Source: an uncultured Acidobacteriaceae bacterium
GTDB taxonomy: Bacteria; Acidobacteriota; Terriglobia; Terriglobales; Acidobacteriaceae
Reading direction: 5' to 3'
NCBI GenBank assembly: GCA_963846215.1
Contig: CAWJVC010000007.1
Span: 27,402 to 91,401 of the forward strand
DNA: 64,000 bases
A program made the translations under genes and the position numbers. Shown piece after piece: positions 37,265-47,433 of the stretch (positions within the stretch are counted from its first letter, which is position 1; the number at the start of each line of letters is the position of its first letter). The notes beneath the pieces were generated by a model. That model did not search any database, was not told where the DNA came from, and worked only from the letters and a program-made list of their open reading frames with translations.

Positions 37265-37957
37265 TCACGCGTTTTTGGGGAAAAGCGCGTCGATCTTTTC
37301 CAGCAGTGCGGCGCAGGCTTCGCTGGCATCACGGGTGGAGAAATCGCTTCCCAACTCAACTACGGGGAGGCTGGCGCACGCAGTGCGGAAAGCCTGCTGG
37401 GCACTAGAAGAAGCATTAGGGTCGTCGCCCTTAATCAGAAGATCAAAGCGGGTGACCCGCATTAGGAGCAAAGCGTCGCGCAGGTGACTACTGGTGTGGA
37501 CATCGTAGCCGGAGCGACGCAAGAATTCACGCAAGTAAGCGAGCACGTCAGCATTGCTATCCAGGCAAAGCACGCTGCGCCCGGTGAGTGCAGGCGTCTC
37601 GGCGCGAGATCCCGGACGGTAGAAGGAAGCAATGGCGGCTTCTTCCGATTCGTGCCTATCGAACAAACTTGTCAGATGCGAGAGTTCCAGTACTTTGCGT
37701 AGAGGATCCGGGACGTTGCATAGCTTCAAGTCCCCATGAACTTGGCGAGTACTGGTGAGCGCACGGACGAGAGTGCCCAAGCCGCTGCTGTCGACAAAAG
37801 CAACCTCACCTAAGTGCAAAACGATGGAACGGCGGTCGCGCAAAACCCAGGCAACGTGGGAGCGCAGAGATTCGCTTTCGGCGCCGGCAACAATACGGCC
37901 GTTGCAGTGGACGATGGTGACGCGTCCGACTTCACGAGTGTCGAGCGATAGGCGCAA
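37265..37957 (-). CDS. STAS-domain + receiver-like domain fusion protein
   Basis: The N-terminus has EVAFVDSSGLGTLV, the STAS motif. The C-terminus has VLCLDSNADVLAYLREFLRRSGYDVHTSS...FDLLI, which is receiver-like. Confidence 0.7.
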   Translation of the reverse strand: MRLSLDTREVGRVTIVHCNGRIVAGAESESLRSHVAWVLRDRRSIVLHLGEVAFVDSSGLGTLVRALTSTRQVHGDLKLCNVPDPLRKVLELSHLTSLFDRHESEEAAIASFYRPGSRAETPALTGRSVLCLDSNADVLAYLREFLRRSGYDVHTSSHLRDALLLMRVTRFDLLIKGDDPNASSSAQQAFRTACASLPVVELGSDFSTRDASEACAALLEKIDALFPKNA

Positions 37958-38167
37958 GAGCTCTCTGAGCGACCGATTTCAACCTGCGAAGACGCAACAT
38001 TATAACCGGAGGGGCTTCGAACCGGTAGCACCGAGTCAGGTGTTTGCGCCCGGCGCCACGAAGTGGAGCGTCGGTCGGGGTCGAGTTTCGCACAGCAACC
38101 CGACCCGTCGGCACGGAATCAGATATGAGGCTTGAAGATGTAGCCCATAAGAGTCACAGGAGGCGGC

Positions 38168-38734
38168 GTGGACCAGCACCAACTTACCATCCTGATTGCG
38201 GTAGTGGTGGCAGTCGTTGTGATTGCCGCGATTAGCTTCATTCTTTCGCGAAAGCGACGGAGCCAACAGCTGAAAGAGCGATTTGGGCCGGAATACGATC
38301 GAGTGCTCAAGAAGGAAGGCGAGGTACGCCGCGCTGAGGGGGTGCTCGAGATTCGCGCCAAACGGCGGGATAAGTTTCAGATCCGCCCGCTGTCAGCGGC
38401 CAATCGCGCCGATTTTTCGGAGCGCTGGAGAGTGGTGCAATCGCAGTTTGTCGATAGTCCGAAAAACTCTGTATCACGAGCCGACGGGCTGGTAGCTGAA
38501 GTCATGGAGGCCCGGGGATATCCTATGGCCAACTTCGAGCAGCGTGCCGCAGACATCTCTGTCGACTACCCGGTGGTTGTCGAGAATTATCGCGCGGCGC
38601 ATGACATAGCGCTGCGTCACGGCCGAGGCCAGGCCAGCACGGAAGATCTCCGCAAAGCGATGGTGCACTACCGTTCACTGTTTGAAGAGTTGCTCCATGA
38701 TCCAATACCCGAAAGAAAGGAGGCACGAGGATGA
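38168..38734 (+). CDS. Membrane-anchored hypothetical protein (paralog 1)
   Basis: GTG start and one TM helix (ILIAVVVAVVVIAAISFIL). The domain reads RWRVVQSQFVDSPKNSVSRADGLVAEVM...STEDLRKAMVHYRSLFEELL. Confidence 0.6.
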   Translation: MDQHQLTILIAVVVAVVVIAAISFILSRKRRSQQLKERFGPEYDRVLKKEGEVRRAEGVLEIRAKRRDKFQIRPLSAANRADFSERWRVVQSQFVDSPKNSVSRADGLVAEVMEARGYPMANFEQRAADISVDYPVVVENYRAAHDIALRHGRGQASTEDLRKAMVHYRSLFEELLHDPIPERKEARG

Positions 38735-39189
38735 GCGTGCCATTGAGGAAAGAGGAACCAGAATTCGAGGAAAATCTAACCACGGCTGATCTGGCTCAGG
38801 GCAAGCGTCCTGTGGCGGAGGATCGACCGAAACCTGTTCTCGCTGAGCGTCCCATCGCGGATCGTTCAATGGACAGCGAGGATGATAATGTCTCTTCCGA
38901 AGCCAGGAATGCGACGGATAGCACGCCGCTTTTCCCGGCCGGTGAACTGGACGAATTGCGAAGTCGCTGGAGTGATGTTCAAACGGCATTTGTGGATGAA
39001 CCTCGACGAGCTGTGGAGCAAGCCGACGGTCTGGTTGCCTCCGCAATGAAGCGATTGGCCGAAGTTTTTGCAGAGGAGCGGTCAAAGCTGGAGCAGCAAT
39101 GGGATCGCGGCGATAACGTTTCAACCGAGGACCTTCGTATCGCACTGCAGCGCTATCGCACTTTCTTTCACCGCTTGCTTTCAATCTAA
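38731..39189 (+). CDS. Hypothetical protein (paralog 2 of the upstream gene)
   Basis: It has an ATGA overlap with the upstream gene. The same domain pattern is present: RWSDVQTAFVDEPRRAVEQADGLVASAM...STEDLRIALQRYRTFFHRLL. Confidence 0.6.
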   Translation: MSVPLRKEEPEFEENLTTADLAQGKRPVAEDRPKPVLAERPIADRSMDSEDDNVSSEARNATDSTPLFPAGELDELRSRWSDVQTAFVDEPRRAVEQADGLVASAMKRLAEVFAEERSKLEQQWDRGDNVSTEDLRIALQRYRTFFHRLLSI

Positions 39190-39368
39190 GAGATCTCGGG
39201 CGAATCGGACTCGGTCTGGTTCGCCCGTTCCTCTCTCTATCTGCGAGCTCCCCGCCGTCTCGCCACGGACTGTTGAGCAGCGTAAATCTTCGGGCGTACT
39301 GACCGGGAAACGATGGTAACGTTGTTCCAAGCGGTGCGACGTTGCAATATCTCGGCAGAGGCTTCACC

Positions 39369-39941
39369 ATGCGCGTCCGCGGAACGTTGCTCTGTCTTGT
39401 TGTAGCGTTCGCTCTTCAAAGTCGCGCAAGCGGCGCGCCTTTCGTGGTTTTCCCAAAGGCCGCACAATTACCCTCACCGGACGGACGCTTTGTGGTTGTC
39501 AATCGCGATCGGGAAGCTCCGATGAGTCAGTATGTGGGGACGTTTCACTTTCTGGAACTTCTCGAAACAGCGACCGGGCGAACCCGCGAACTGTGCGATT
39601 ACGTTGGCGTCGCCTCGGTCGGCTGGAGCAGCAGTGACAGGATCATTGTGACGCAGTACGTCAGCAAGCGAACTTCGCGGGCGTTGGTTTTCACTGCCAG
39701 CGATTCCCGCGAGCCGGTGGTGATCGACAAATCATTCCTTACTACACTGGTTCCGGTGGAGTTGCGCCCGCACCTTCGAGAGAACGATCGTGTGTTTGTG
39801 GAGGCGTCGCGCGTGGAAGGTGAGATTCTAGCCTTACACGTTTGGGGGTATGGGCAACATGACGCCAATGGATTTAGCTGGAACTGCGACTATAACTTGC
39901 TCAGCGGCGACGCTTCCTGCCAGGAAGAGAAGCGGCAATAG
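39369..39941 (+). CDS. Secreted hypothetical protein
   Basis: Signal peptide MRVRGTLLCLVVAFALQSRASG. No recognisable family. Confidence 0.5.
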   Translation: MRVRGTLLCLVVAFALQSRASGAPFVVFPKAAQLPSPDGRFVVVNRDREAPMSQYVGTFHFLELLETATGRTRELCDYVGVASVGWSSSDRIIVTQYVSKRTSRALVFTASDSREPVVIDKSFLTTLVPVELRPHLRENDRVFVEASRVEGEILALHVWGYGQHDANGFSWNCDYNLLSGDASCQEEKRQ

Positions 39942-40145
39942 CCTGCGATTCCTAACGGCTGAGAAAAACGTACATCTGAATATTCGAAGTGGGGCGCCAA
40001 ATTCAACGCGCAAGGTCGCTGTGGCTTTCCTCTTCTAAGATGACGCTGGTTTATTGGACGGGTTACTGACGTGATCTTTCCCGTCCATTGGAGCAACATT
40101 AGGATCATGGGTTGCTCGCATTAATACTTACGCGTCATAACCAAT

Positions 40146-40490
40146 ATGAAACTTATCCTAAGACGCCAGTGGTGTTGGTTGGCGACGGCAGTTATCGCGT
40201 TCTCGGTCTTTGGGGCTTTTGCGTTGCAGGCTCAAGAGGTTTCCGCTAAACGACGGGTGGTGGAGCGCAGCGTTCCTGCGTATCCGGCCCTGGCGCGAAG
40301 CATGGCGCTGGCAGGGACGGTTCGTGTGGAAGCGCTAGTTTCTCCAAATGGCAGCGTCAAGACGGTGGCTATCAGGGGCGGGCATCCGGTTCTGGCACAG
40401 GCTGCGGTCAATTCCGTGCGCACATGGAAGTGGGAACCGGCCTCGCACGAATCCCGTGAAACGGTCGAACTGAAGTTCGACCCAGAGTAG
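40146..40490 (+). CDS. TonB C-terminal-domain protein
   Basis: An N-terminal hydrophobic segment, then PAYPALARSMALAGTVRVEALVSPNGSVKTVAIRGGHPVLAQAAVNSVRTWKWEP. Confidence 0.75.
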   Translation: MKLILRRQWCWLATAVIAFSVFGAFALQAQEVSAKRRVVERSVPAYPALARSMALAGTVRVEALVSPNGSVKTVAIRGGHPVLAQAAVNSVRTWKWEPASHESRETVELKFDPE

Positions 40491-40495
40491 TTTTT

Positions 40496-42193
40496 TTAAC
40501 TTTTCAGGCCAATCGCAGCCGCTTCCAACTGGTCGTGGACTTCCTCGGCGCGACGAATCGCACTCTGAACGTTGTCGCAGATATTTTGTGCGCCGACCAT
40601 TTCCTCGAACTCCGACTGATGAATCAGAGCAGCGGGCTGCTCGCGAGCGCCGCAAAGAATCAATACCCGGTTCGTAGCCTGTAATGCTCGGGCTACTTCT
40701 TCAATGGCGAATAAGCCTGTGGCATCGAGCGCGGTCATATTACGCAGACGCAGGATTACGACCGGGGGGAGCGCGTGCAAGTTTTCGGTAACGATGGAGA
40801 TTTTGTCCGTCGCGCCGAATAGAAACGGTCCGTGGATGCGGAAGATCGTAGCGTAATAAGGTATGTCCTTGTCCTGAAGAATGTGCATGCGGCCATCCTC
40901 GACGTACTCGTCGGTGACCTGGGAAACCGTAGTCGTGGCGGCAACGCGGCCGATGAAGAGTAAAGCGGCGAGAATCATGCCGGCCTCGACCGCGACTGTG
41001 AGGTCGGCAAAAACAGTGAGGGCCAGGGTGACGAGCCAGACGCTGACGTCTGTCTTAGTGAGCTTCAAAAGTTGTGGGATCTCGCGCCATTCGCCCATGT
41101 TGTAGGCCACGACCATCAATATGCCTGCGAGCACCGCTAGCGGAACATGTGCCACGAGCGGCGCTGCGAACAGCAAAATGCACAGCAGCGTTAGGGCGTG
41201 GATCATGCCTGCGACTGGGGACTGGGCTCCGGCGCGGATGTTGGTTGCTGTGCGGGCGATGGCACCCGTGGCCGGCAGTCCGCCAAACATCGGAGAAATA
41301 ATATTCGCTACACCTTGTCCGAAGAGTTCAACGTTGGGGTTATGGTGGTCGTTGCTCATGCGATCAGAGACCACGGCTGACATCAGCGATTCGATTGCGC
41401 CCAGCATAGCAACGGTGAGAGCGGGACCGAGAAGGCCATGAATCAGATCGGCGCGGAAGTGGGGAATCACGAAGTGAGGCAGCCCCGCTGGAATTCCTCC
41501 AAAACGCGAACCGATGGTGTCTACCGGCAACTTGAACAAAACTACGGCGCCCGTACCGAGGACAAAAACAACTATTGCGCCCGGGATTCGATTGGAAAGT
41601 GCCCGGCACAGGATCATCACAGCTACCGTGCCCGCGGCTAACGCGGTGGCGGTATATGAAAGGGTGTGGAAGCTCGCGGCCAGAGCTTCCATGCGATACC
41701 AGAAGACGCCGGGAACCTTGGCGAGCTGCAATCCAAAGAAATCTTTTACTTGCGTGCTGGCGATCAGGATGGCGATGCCATTGGTGAATCCGATGACCAC
41801 CGGGCGCGGAATGAACTTGACCGCTGTGCCTAAGCCGGCAATGCCCATGATCATCAGCAGAACACCTGCCATCACGGTGCACATGAAGAGTCCGTCTATG
41901 CCGTGAAGGGCGATGATTCCCGAAATAACCACGACGAAGGCGCCCGTCGGCCCGCCAATTTGCGTTTTGGAACCGCCGAGGGCAGAGATCAAGAAGCCGG
42001 TGACGATTGCGCAATAAATTCCGGCCTGGGGTGTGAGACCGGATGCGATCGCGAAGGCCATGGCCAGGGGCAGAGCCACCAGACCCACCGTGATGCCGGC
42101 AATCAGATCATGAAGAAATTTACTTGCATTGTAGTCGCGCAGGCACAGGACAGACTTCGGCAACCAACGTTCTTCGACAAAGGCACGCGCCAT
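40496..42193 (-). CDS. SulP-family anion permease with C-terminal STAS domain
   Basis: The internal ATG at 42193 gives MARAFVEERWLPKS...DLIAGITVGLVALPLAMAFAIASG, and the C-terminal STAS region reads VVILRLRNMTALDATGL. Confidence 0.88.
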   Translation of the reverse strand: MARAFVEERWLPKSVLCLRDYNASKFLHDLIAGITVGLVALPLAMAFAIASGLTPQAGIYCAIVTGFLISALGGSKTQIGGPTGAFVVVISGIIALHGIDGLFMCTVMAGVLLMIMGIAGLGTAVKFIPRPVVIGFTNGIAILIASTQVKDFFGLQLAKVPGVFWYRMEALAASFHTLSYTATALAAGTVAVMILCRALSNRIPGAIVVFVLGTGAVVLFKLPVDTIGSRFGGIPAGLPHFVIPHFRADLIHGLLGPALTVAMLGAIESLMSAVVSDRMSNDHHNPNVELFGQGVANIISPMFGGLPATGAIARTATNIRAGAQSPVAGMIHALTLLCILLFAAPLVAHVPLAVLAGILMVVAYNMGEWREIPQLLKLTKTDVSVWLVTLALTVFADLTVAVEAGMILAALLFIGRVAATTTVSQVTDEYVEDGRMHILQDKDIPYYATIFRIHGPFLFGATDKISIVTENLHALPPVVILRLRNMTALDATGLFAIEEVARALQATNRVLILCGAREQPAALIHQSEFEEMVGAQNICDNVQSAIRRAEEVHDQLEAAAIGLKS

Positions 42194-42395
42194 CCTCTTA
42201 TTATGCAGCACGGAGTGCGGTATTAAAGATAACTGCGCAGGAGCAGACCACTCCAAGGACCATGGCTGGAAGAGAGGCGGAGAACGCCGAGGCTGCGCCG
42301 CAGAGGACGGGCGGAGGCTACCTCGCTTGACGGTATTGCGTCTTGAAGCAGCTTTCGGCACAATTCACAACTAGCTTGGTCAAGCAAAATTTCTT

Positions 42396-44438
42396 ATGCG
42401 TAAGACTCTAATCCTGGCTGGTTGGGCTTTGATCGCCGTTTTCGGGGCGGTGGCGGTGGGAGCGATTGCATTGCATCGCGGTGAGCCGATCAACGCTCTC
42501 TGGTTAGTGGTTGCGGCGACGTGTTGTTACTCGCTCGGTTACCGCTTTTACAGCAAATGCATATCCACGAAGATCCTCGCTTTGGATGGCATGCGCGCGA
42601 CTCCAGCAGAGCGACTAGAGAATGGCCGCGACTTTCTGGTTACCAATAAGTGGGTTGTATTCGGACATCACTTCGCCGCGATTGCCGGACCTGGGCCGCT
42701 CGTGGGGCCGGTGTTGGCGGCGCAATTTGGGTATCTTCCGGGAACCATGTGGGTGCTGGCAGGTGCTGTCTTTGCAGGGTGTGTGCAGGATTTCGTGATC
42801 TTACTGTTCTCGGTAAGACGCGATGGGAAATCGTTAACGGAGATGGCCAAGGACGAAATCGGCCGCGTGGGAGGATTTGTAGCATACGTCGCGGTGATCG
42901 CGATTCTGATTATCTTGCTGGGTGTGGCTGCGCTGATTGTGGTGAACGCCCTGAAAGCAAGTCCGTGGGGAACCTTCACGATTGCGATGACGATGCCGAT
43001 CGCTTTGCTGATGGGGGTTTATCTGCGCCGGATTCGTCCGGGGAAGGTGCTCGAGGTATCTGCGTTGGGTTTCGTACTCGTGATGGCTGCGATTTGGGGC
43101 GGGCAGTATGTTTCCCAGCATGAAGGGTGGGCAAAGTTGTTTACGTTCAGCGCGCCAACGCTGGCAATCATGATTATGGTGTACGGATTTGCCGCGTCGG
43201 CATTGCCGGTGTGGCTGCTACTGGCCCCTCGCGATTATCTCAGCACTTTTGTAAAGCTGGGAACGATTGCGCTTCTGGGGGTGGGAATTGTCGCGCTGCA
43301 TCCCACACTTAACATGCCGGCGTTAACCCGATTTGTGGATGGAAGTGGTCCAGTGTTTGCGGGAAAGATATTTCCATTTGCTTTCATCACCATTGCCTGC
43401 GGAGCGATCAGCGGATTCCATGCGCTGATCTCCAGCGGCACGACACCAAAAATGATTGCGCGAGAAACAGAGACGCGCATGGTTGGCTATGGCGCGATGA
43501 TGGCGGAGTCTGCGGTCGCGGTGATGGCAATCATTGCGGCTTGCGTGATGCAGCCGGGTGTATATTTCGCGATTAATAGTCCTGCGGGGATTGTGGGGCA
43601 GGCGCCAGAAGCGGCGGCGGCAACTATTGCGAGCTGGGGTTTTCCTGTTACTGCGGGAGACATGCAAGCGCTCGCCCATGCGGTCGGGGAGCAAACACTC
43701 TACAACCGAACGGGGGGCGCGCCGGCCTTTGCGGTGGGGATGGCGCACATTTTCTCGCACAGCCTGGGCGGTGAGACTTTGATGGCACTGTGGTATCACT
43801 TCGCGATCATGTTCGAAGCATTATTTATATTGACCATCCTCGATGCGGGGACGCGCGTAGCGCGATTCATGGTGCAGGATGCGCTGGGGCATCTCTATAA
43901 GCCGTTGGGACGAACGAGCTGGTACCCCTCGATATTGGTAACCAGTGCGCTGATCGTAAGTTCGTGGGGATATTTTCTGTGGCAAGGAGTGAAGGATCCG
44001 CTGGGCGGGATCAATTCATTATGGCCGCTGTTTGGGATTGCCAATCAACTGCTGGCGACGGTGGCGTTGTGCGTGGCGACGACGATCATTATCAAGATGC
44101 ATCGGGCGAAGTACGCGGCAGTAACGCTGGTGCCGCTGGCGTGGCTGGTGGCCGTGACCTTCACCGCATCGTGGCACAAGATGTTCGACCCGAATCCGCG
44201 GGTTGGATTTCTCGCGCAGGCGCGCGTGTTGGCCGCGGGACCTATGACGAGCGCGACCGCGCGGGTGATCTTCAACAATCGGCTGGATGCCGTGGTGACT
44301 GCAGTTTTAGTGATTATGGTGACGCTGGTGCTGTTGGAGTCGGCGCGGCAGTGGATTGGAATTGTGAGTGGAGCAAGAGAGGCGCGCGTAAAGGAATCTC
44401 CGTTTGTAAAAACGCGCCTGGTGCAGGAGCGGGGATGA
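42396..44438 (+). CDS. cstA: Carbon starvation protein A (peptide/pyruvate transporter family)
   Basis: 680 aa and polytopic, with [28 protein letters not shown] and [18 protein letters not shown]. Confidence 0.92.
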   Translation: MRKTLILAGWALIAVFGAVAVGAIALHRGEPINALWLVVAATCCYSLGYRFYSKCISTKILALDGMRATPAERLENGRDFLVTNKWVVFGHHFAAIAGPGPLVGPVLAAQFGYLPGTMWVLAGAVFAGCVQDFVILLFSVRRDGKSLTEMAKDEIGRVGGFVAYVAVIAILIILLGVAALIVVNALKASPWGTFTIAMTMPIALLMGVYLRRIRPGKVLEVSALGFVLVMAAIWGGQYVSQHEGWAKLFTFSAPTLAIMIMVYGFAASALPVWLLLAPRDYLSTFVKLGTIALLGVGIVALHPTLNMPALTRFVDGSGPVFAGKIFPFAFITIACGAISGFHALISSGTTPKMIARETETRMVGYGAMMAESAVAVMAIIAACVMQPGVYFAINSPAGIVGQAPEAAAATIASWGFPVTAGDMQALAHAVGEQTLYNRTGGAPAFAVGMAHIFSHSLGGETLMALWYHFAIMFEALFILTILDAGTRVARFMVQDALGHLYKPLGRTSWYPSILVTSALIVSSWGYFLWQGVKDPLGGINSLWPLFGIANQLLATVALCVATTIIIKMHRAKYAAVTLVPLAWLVAVTFTASWHKMFDPNPRVGFLAQARVLAAGPMTSATARVIFNNRLDAVVTAVLVIMVTLVLLESARQWIGIVSGAREARVKESPFVKTRLVQERG

Positions 44439-44635
44439 ACATCTCAAGCAAGACACTGCGAGCTCTGATTGTAGAGACAAGCGGCATCCTATGGGCGACA
44501 CTGCGCGAAATCTTCGATGAGGCTGCTTATGCACGATTTCTGAGGCGCGGCGGAATGGTTTCATCAAACGAAGCGTATGCTGCATTTCGCAGGGAATTCG
44601 AAGAGAGCAAAATGCGTCGTCCAAAGTGTTGCTGA
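44435..44635 (+). CDS. ybdD: YbdD/YjiX-family small protein (DUF466)
   Basis: 66 aa with an ATGA overlap with cstA. It ends KMRRPKCC, the usual C-terminus of this cstA-linked family. Confidence 0.8.
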   Translation: MNISSKTLRALIVETSGILWATLREIFDEAAYARFLRRGGMVSSNEAYAAFRREFEESKMRRPKCC

Positions 44636-44678
44636 CGGGAGAAGCCAGTTCACAATCGTCAAACGACATCGGTAAAGA

Positions 44679-46136
44679 CTAACGTGACTCCGGCGTTTTC
44701 TGGCGCGTAGCACGTTTCGCGCGGGCCCACCCATCCTTCATCACTTGCCGCGAACGTCCGATCGCCAAAGCATTGTCGGGCACGTCATCTGTGATACAAG
44801 AAGCGGCCGCGACGTAGGCTCCTTTGCCCACGCGAACGGGTGCCACCAGAGTGCTGTCACTGCCAATGAAAACATCGTCTTCGATGATGGTGGTGTGCTT
44901 GTGAACGCCATCGTAATTGCAAGTGATCGTGCCGGCCCCGATGTTCACACCCGCTCCGATTTCGGCATCGCCCAGATAGGTGAGATGGTTGGCCTTGGAG
45001 CCTTTCCCCAGCTTGATCTTTTTCGTTTCGACAAAGTTTCCTACATGCGCGCCTTCACCGATCACGCTACCGGGGCGAAGATGGGAATAAGGTCCGAGGA
45101 TGGCTTTGGAACTGATGTGAGCATCGTCCAGGATGCAGCCCGGACGGATGAGAACGCCCTCGCCAACTTCGGAATTCTGAATCACTGAATAAGAACGAAT
45201 ATGGCAGCCGGAACCAATGCGCGAATGGCCAAGAATCTGGACGAAGGGCTCAATCACGGTGTCTGGGGCGATTTCGACTTCGATATCGATCACGCAGCTT
45301 GCGGGATAAAAGATGGTAACGCCTTCGGACATGAGTTCCTGGCACTTGCGCACACGCATCTGATAATCAATGAACGAGAGTTCCGCGCGGGTATTTGCGC
45401 CGAGGACTTCTGCTGAATTTTCCGTCTTCCAGGCGACGACACGCTGCCTATTCTGGCGGAGGACCTGAGCCATGTCGGTAAGGTAGTACTCCGCGTGAGG
45501 ATTAGCGGTGGAAAGTTTCTTAATGAATGCGAATAGCTGAGGCACAGAGAAGGCGTAGAAGCCGGCATTGATCTCGTGGATTTTCTTTTGAGCCGGAGTG
45601 GCGGATTTTTCTTCGACAATCGCTTGCACTTCAGCGCTGCGGGCACTCCTGCGAAGCACGCGGCCGTATCCGGTGGGACGGTCGAGGTCAGCACTGAGAA
45701 GCGTCATCGCGGCTTGTTCATCGAGGTGGAAGTTGAGTAGCCGAGCGATGGTTTGAGGCGTGATTTGAGGAGCGTCGCCAGAAAGCACGATCACATGATC
45801 GTAGCTGGAGAGCGCAGACTGCGCAACCATTAGAGCGTGGCCGGTGCCGCGCTGCTCGGCCTGCAAGACGAACTTTACGCCGGTGGCCGCGAGAGCGGCT
45901 CGGACGCGATCTGCCTCGTGGCCAATGATGGCATACACGTCCTCGGCTGGAACCACGCGAGTAGCGGCGGCAATGACATGCGCGAGCAGAGGTTTGCCGC
46001 CGACCTCATGCAACACTTTGGGCAGCTGAGACTTGAGCCGGGTGCCTTTGCCCGCAGCCATGATGGCGACGGCGACACGTGGCGTGAAGGGAGCTTTCGA
46101 CGAGGCGGCGTTCGTAGATTTCTTCATTTTTCCCAA
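44679..46136 (-). CDS. glmU: Bifunctional GlcNAc-1-P uridyltransferase / GlcN-1-P acetyltransferase
   Basis: AIMAAGKGTRLKS and LSGDAP, with C-terminal hexapeptide-repeat (LbH) segments (GAGVNIGAGTITCNYDG). Confidence 0.92.
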   Translation of the reverse strand: MGKMKKSTNAASSKAPFTPRVAVAIMAAGKGTRLKSQLPKVLHEVGGKPLLAHVIAAATRVVPAEDVYAIIGHEADRVRAALAATGVKFVLQAEQRGTGHALMVAQSALSSYDHVIVLSGDAPQITPQTIARLLNFHLDEQAAMTLLSADLDRPTGYGRVLRRSARSAEVQAIVEEKSATPAQKKIHEINAGFYAFSVPQLFAFIKKLSTANPHAEYYLTDMAQVLRQNRQRVVAWKTENSAEVLGANTRAELSFIDYQMRVRKCQELMSEGVTIFYPASCVIDIEVEIAPDTVIEPFVQILGHSRIGSGCHIRSYSVIQNSEVGEGVLIRPGCILDDAHISSKAILGPYSHLRPGSVIGEGAHVGNFVETKKIKLGKGSKANHLTYLGDAEIGAGVNIGAGTITCNYDGVHKHTTIIEDDVFIGSDSTLVAPVRVGKGAYVAAASCITDDVPDNALAIGRSRQVMKDGWARAKRATRQKTPESR

Positions 46137-46216
46137 TATACCTTGTCACGGAAAGCTACAGAAGCGGCGTGGACCGATTCTGTATCAAGGCAGCTATTTG
46201 GCGCGCCCTTGTGCCG

Positions 46217-46993
46217 CTAAAGCCCGAGTCCACCGTCGACAGCGAGAATCTGACCGGTGATGAATTGCGGAGCGGTAGCGAAGAACAGCACGGCGGCGGC
46301 GATTTCGTCGTCTCTTCCGTTTCGTTGCATGGGAGTTTCTTTGGCCATACGGCGCATGAATGCGGCGGCCGATTTCTCGCCCAGATCGATCATGCCCGGA
46401 GCGACTGCGTTGACTGCAATGTCGGGAGCTAGCGCTTTTGCCATGACTTTCGTCAGCATGTGCAAGGCGGCTTTCGAGGAGCAATAATGCGCATGCGTGG
46501 CCCAGGGACGCAATCCACCCAGCGAGCCCATGTGAATAATTTTCGCCTCAATCTTCTCCGCCCGTGCTGATCCGGTTCGCTTCCGGCGCATCCATTTCAA
46601 CGCTTCCCGAGAAACCAGGAAAGGCCCACGGGTGTTGGAGGCGAACATGGCATCCCACTGACGAACGGTGAGGCGCTCGAAATCTGCGGTTTCGTAGTTG
46701 GCGGCGTTGTTCACGAGAACGTCGATACGTCCAAGTTCGCGTCCGACATCCTTCATCATGGACTTGACGCTGGCTTCGTCGGTGACATCGCAGCGCATGG
46801 CGAAGGCGCGGACGCCAAGGCTGGAAAGATCGACGACGGTGTGTTGCGCTTCGCGAGCGGAATGGAGAAAAGTGATGGCGAGATCTGCGCCGGCTTCGGC
46901 TAAGGCTGTGGCTGAAGCGCGCCCAAGTCGCCGGGCGCCGCCAGTGACCAGGCAGGCCTTGCCGCGCAGAGGCTTGAAATCAGGAGAAAGCAT
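46217..46993 (-). CDS. Short-chain dehydrogenase/reductase
   Basis: CLVTGGARRLGRA, NNAA and YCSSKAAL (YxxxK). Confidence 0.85.
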   Translation of the reverse strand: MLSPDFKPLRGKACLVTGGARRLGRASATALAEAGADLAITFLHSAREAQHTVVDLSSLGVRAFAMRCDVTDEASVKSMMKDVGRELGRIDVLVNNAANYETADFERLTVRQWDAMFASNTRGPFLVSREALKWMRRKRTGSARAEKIEAKIIHMGSLGGLRPWATHAHYCSSKAALHMLTKVMAKALAPDIAVNAVAPGMIDLGEKSAAAFMRRMAKETPMQRNGRDDEIAAAVLFFATAPQFITGQILAVDGGLGL

Positions 46994-47091
46994 GGTGGGA
47001 TTCTACTCCAGCGATTTAGCTCAAGACGATTGTGGGAAGTGGTAAGACCATTGGAGCAGCATGTGCTCGCTTTTTTACTTGCCAGAGGGTG

Positions 47092-47361
47092 ATGCGGCAA
47101 CGATACAATCGCGGCGTGACGGATGCCCGAAAGGTTGTTATTTACTCACGCAAAGGCTGCCACCTTTGCGAAGTGGTCAAGGAGAGTCTAGCGAAATTGT
47201 CCCGCCGCGGCGGTTTCACCTGGCAGGAAGTAGACGTCGATAGCGATAACGAATTGCGGCGACAGTTCAATGATGAAGTGCCCGTCGTTTTCATCGATGG
47301 ACGAAAGGCCTTCAAGTACCGTATGGATGAGCGCGAATTCCTGCGCAAACTGGCGAGCTAG
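47092..47361 (+). CDS. Glutaredoxin-like protein (DUF836/Grx2 family)
   Basis: VVIYSRKGCHLCEVV (CxxC) and VPVVFIDG. The choice of start at 47092 rests on the upstream AGAGGG. Confidence 0.7.
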   Translation: MRQRYNRGVTDARKVVIYSRKGCHLCEVVKESLAKLSRRGGFTWQEVDVDSDNELRRQFNDEVPVVFIDGRKAFKYRMDEREFLRKLAS

Positions 47362-47433
47362 CGCCATTTTCCACCGATACCTCAGTGACGATCCCTCAGA
47401 GACGGCTGCTTTCAGTCGTCCCGTCGGCGCTGT

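Noticed and set aside
38005-38060. tRNA-like GGGGCTTCGAACC string in the intergenic region
   Set aside because: The flanking bases do not form a T-stem, an acceptor stem or an anticodon arm in either orientation.
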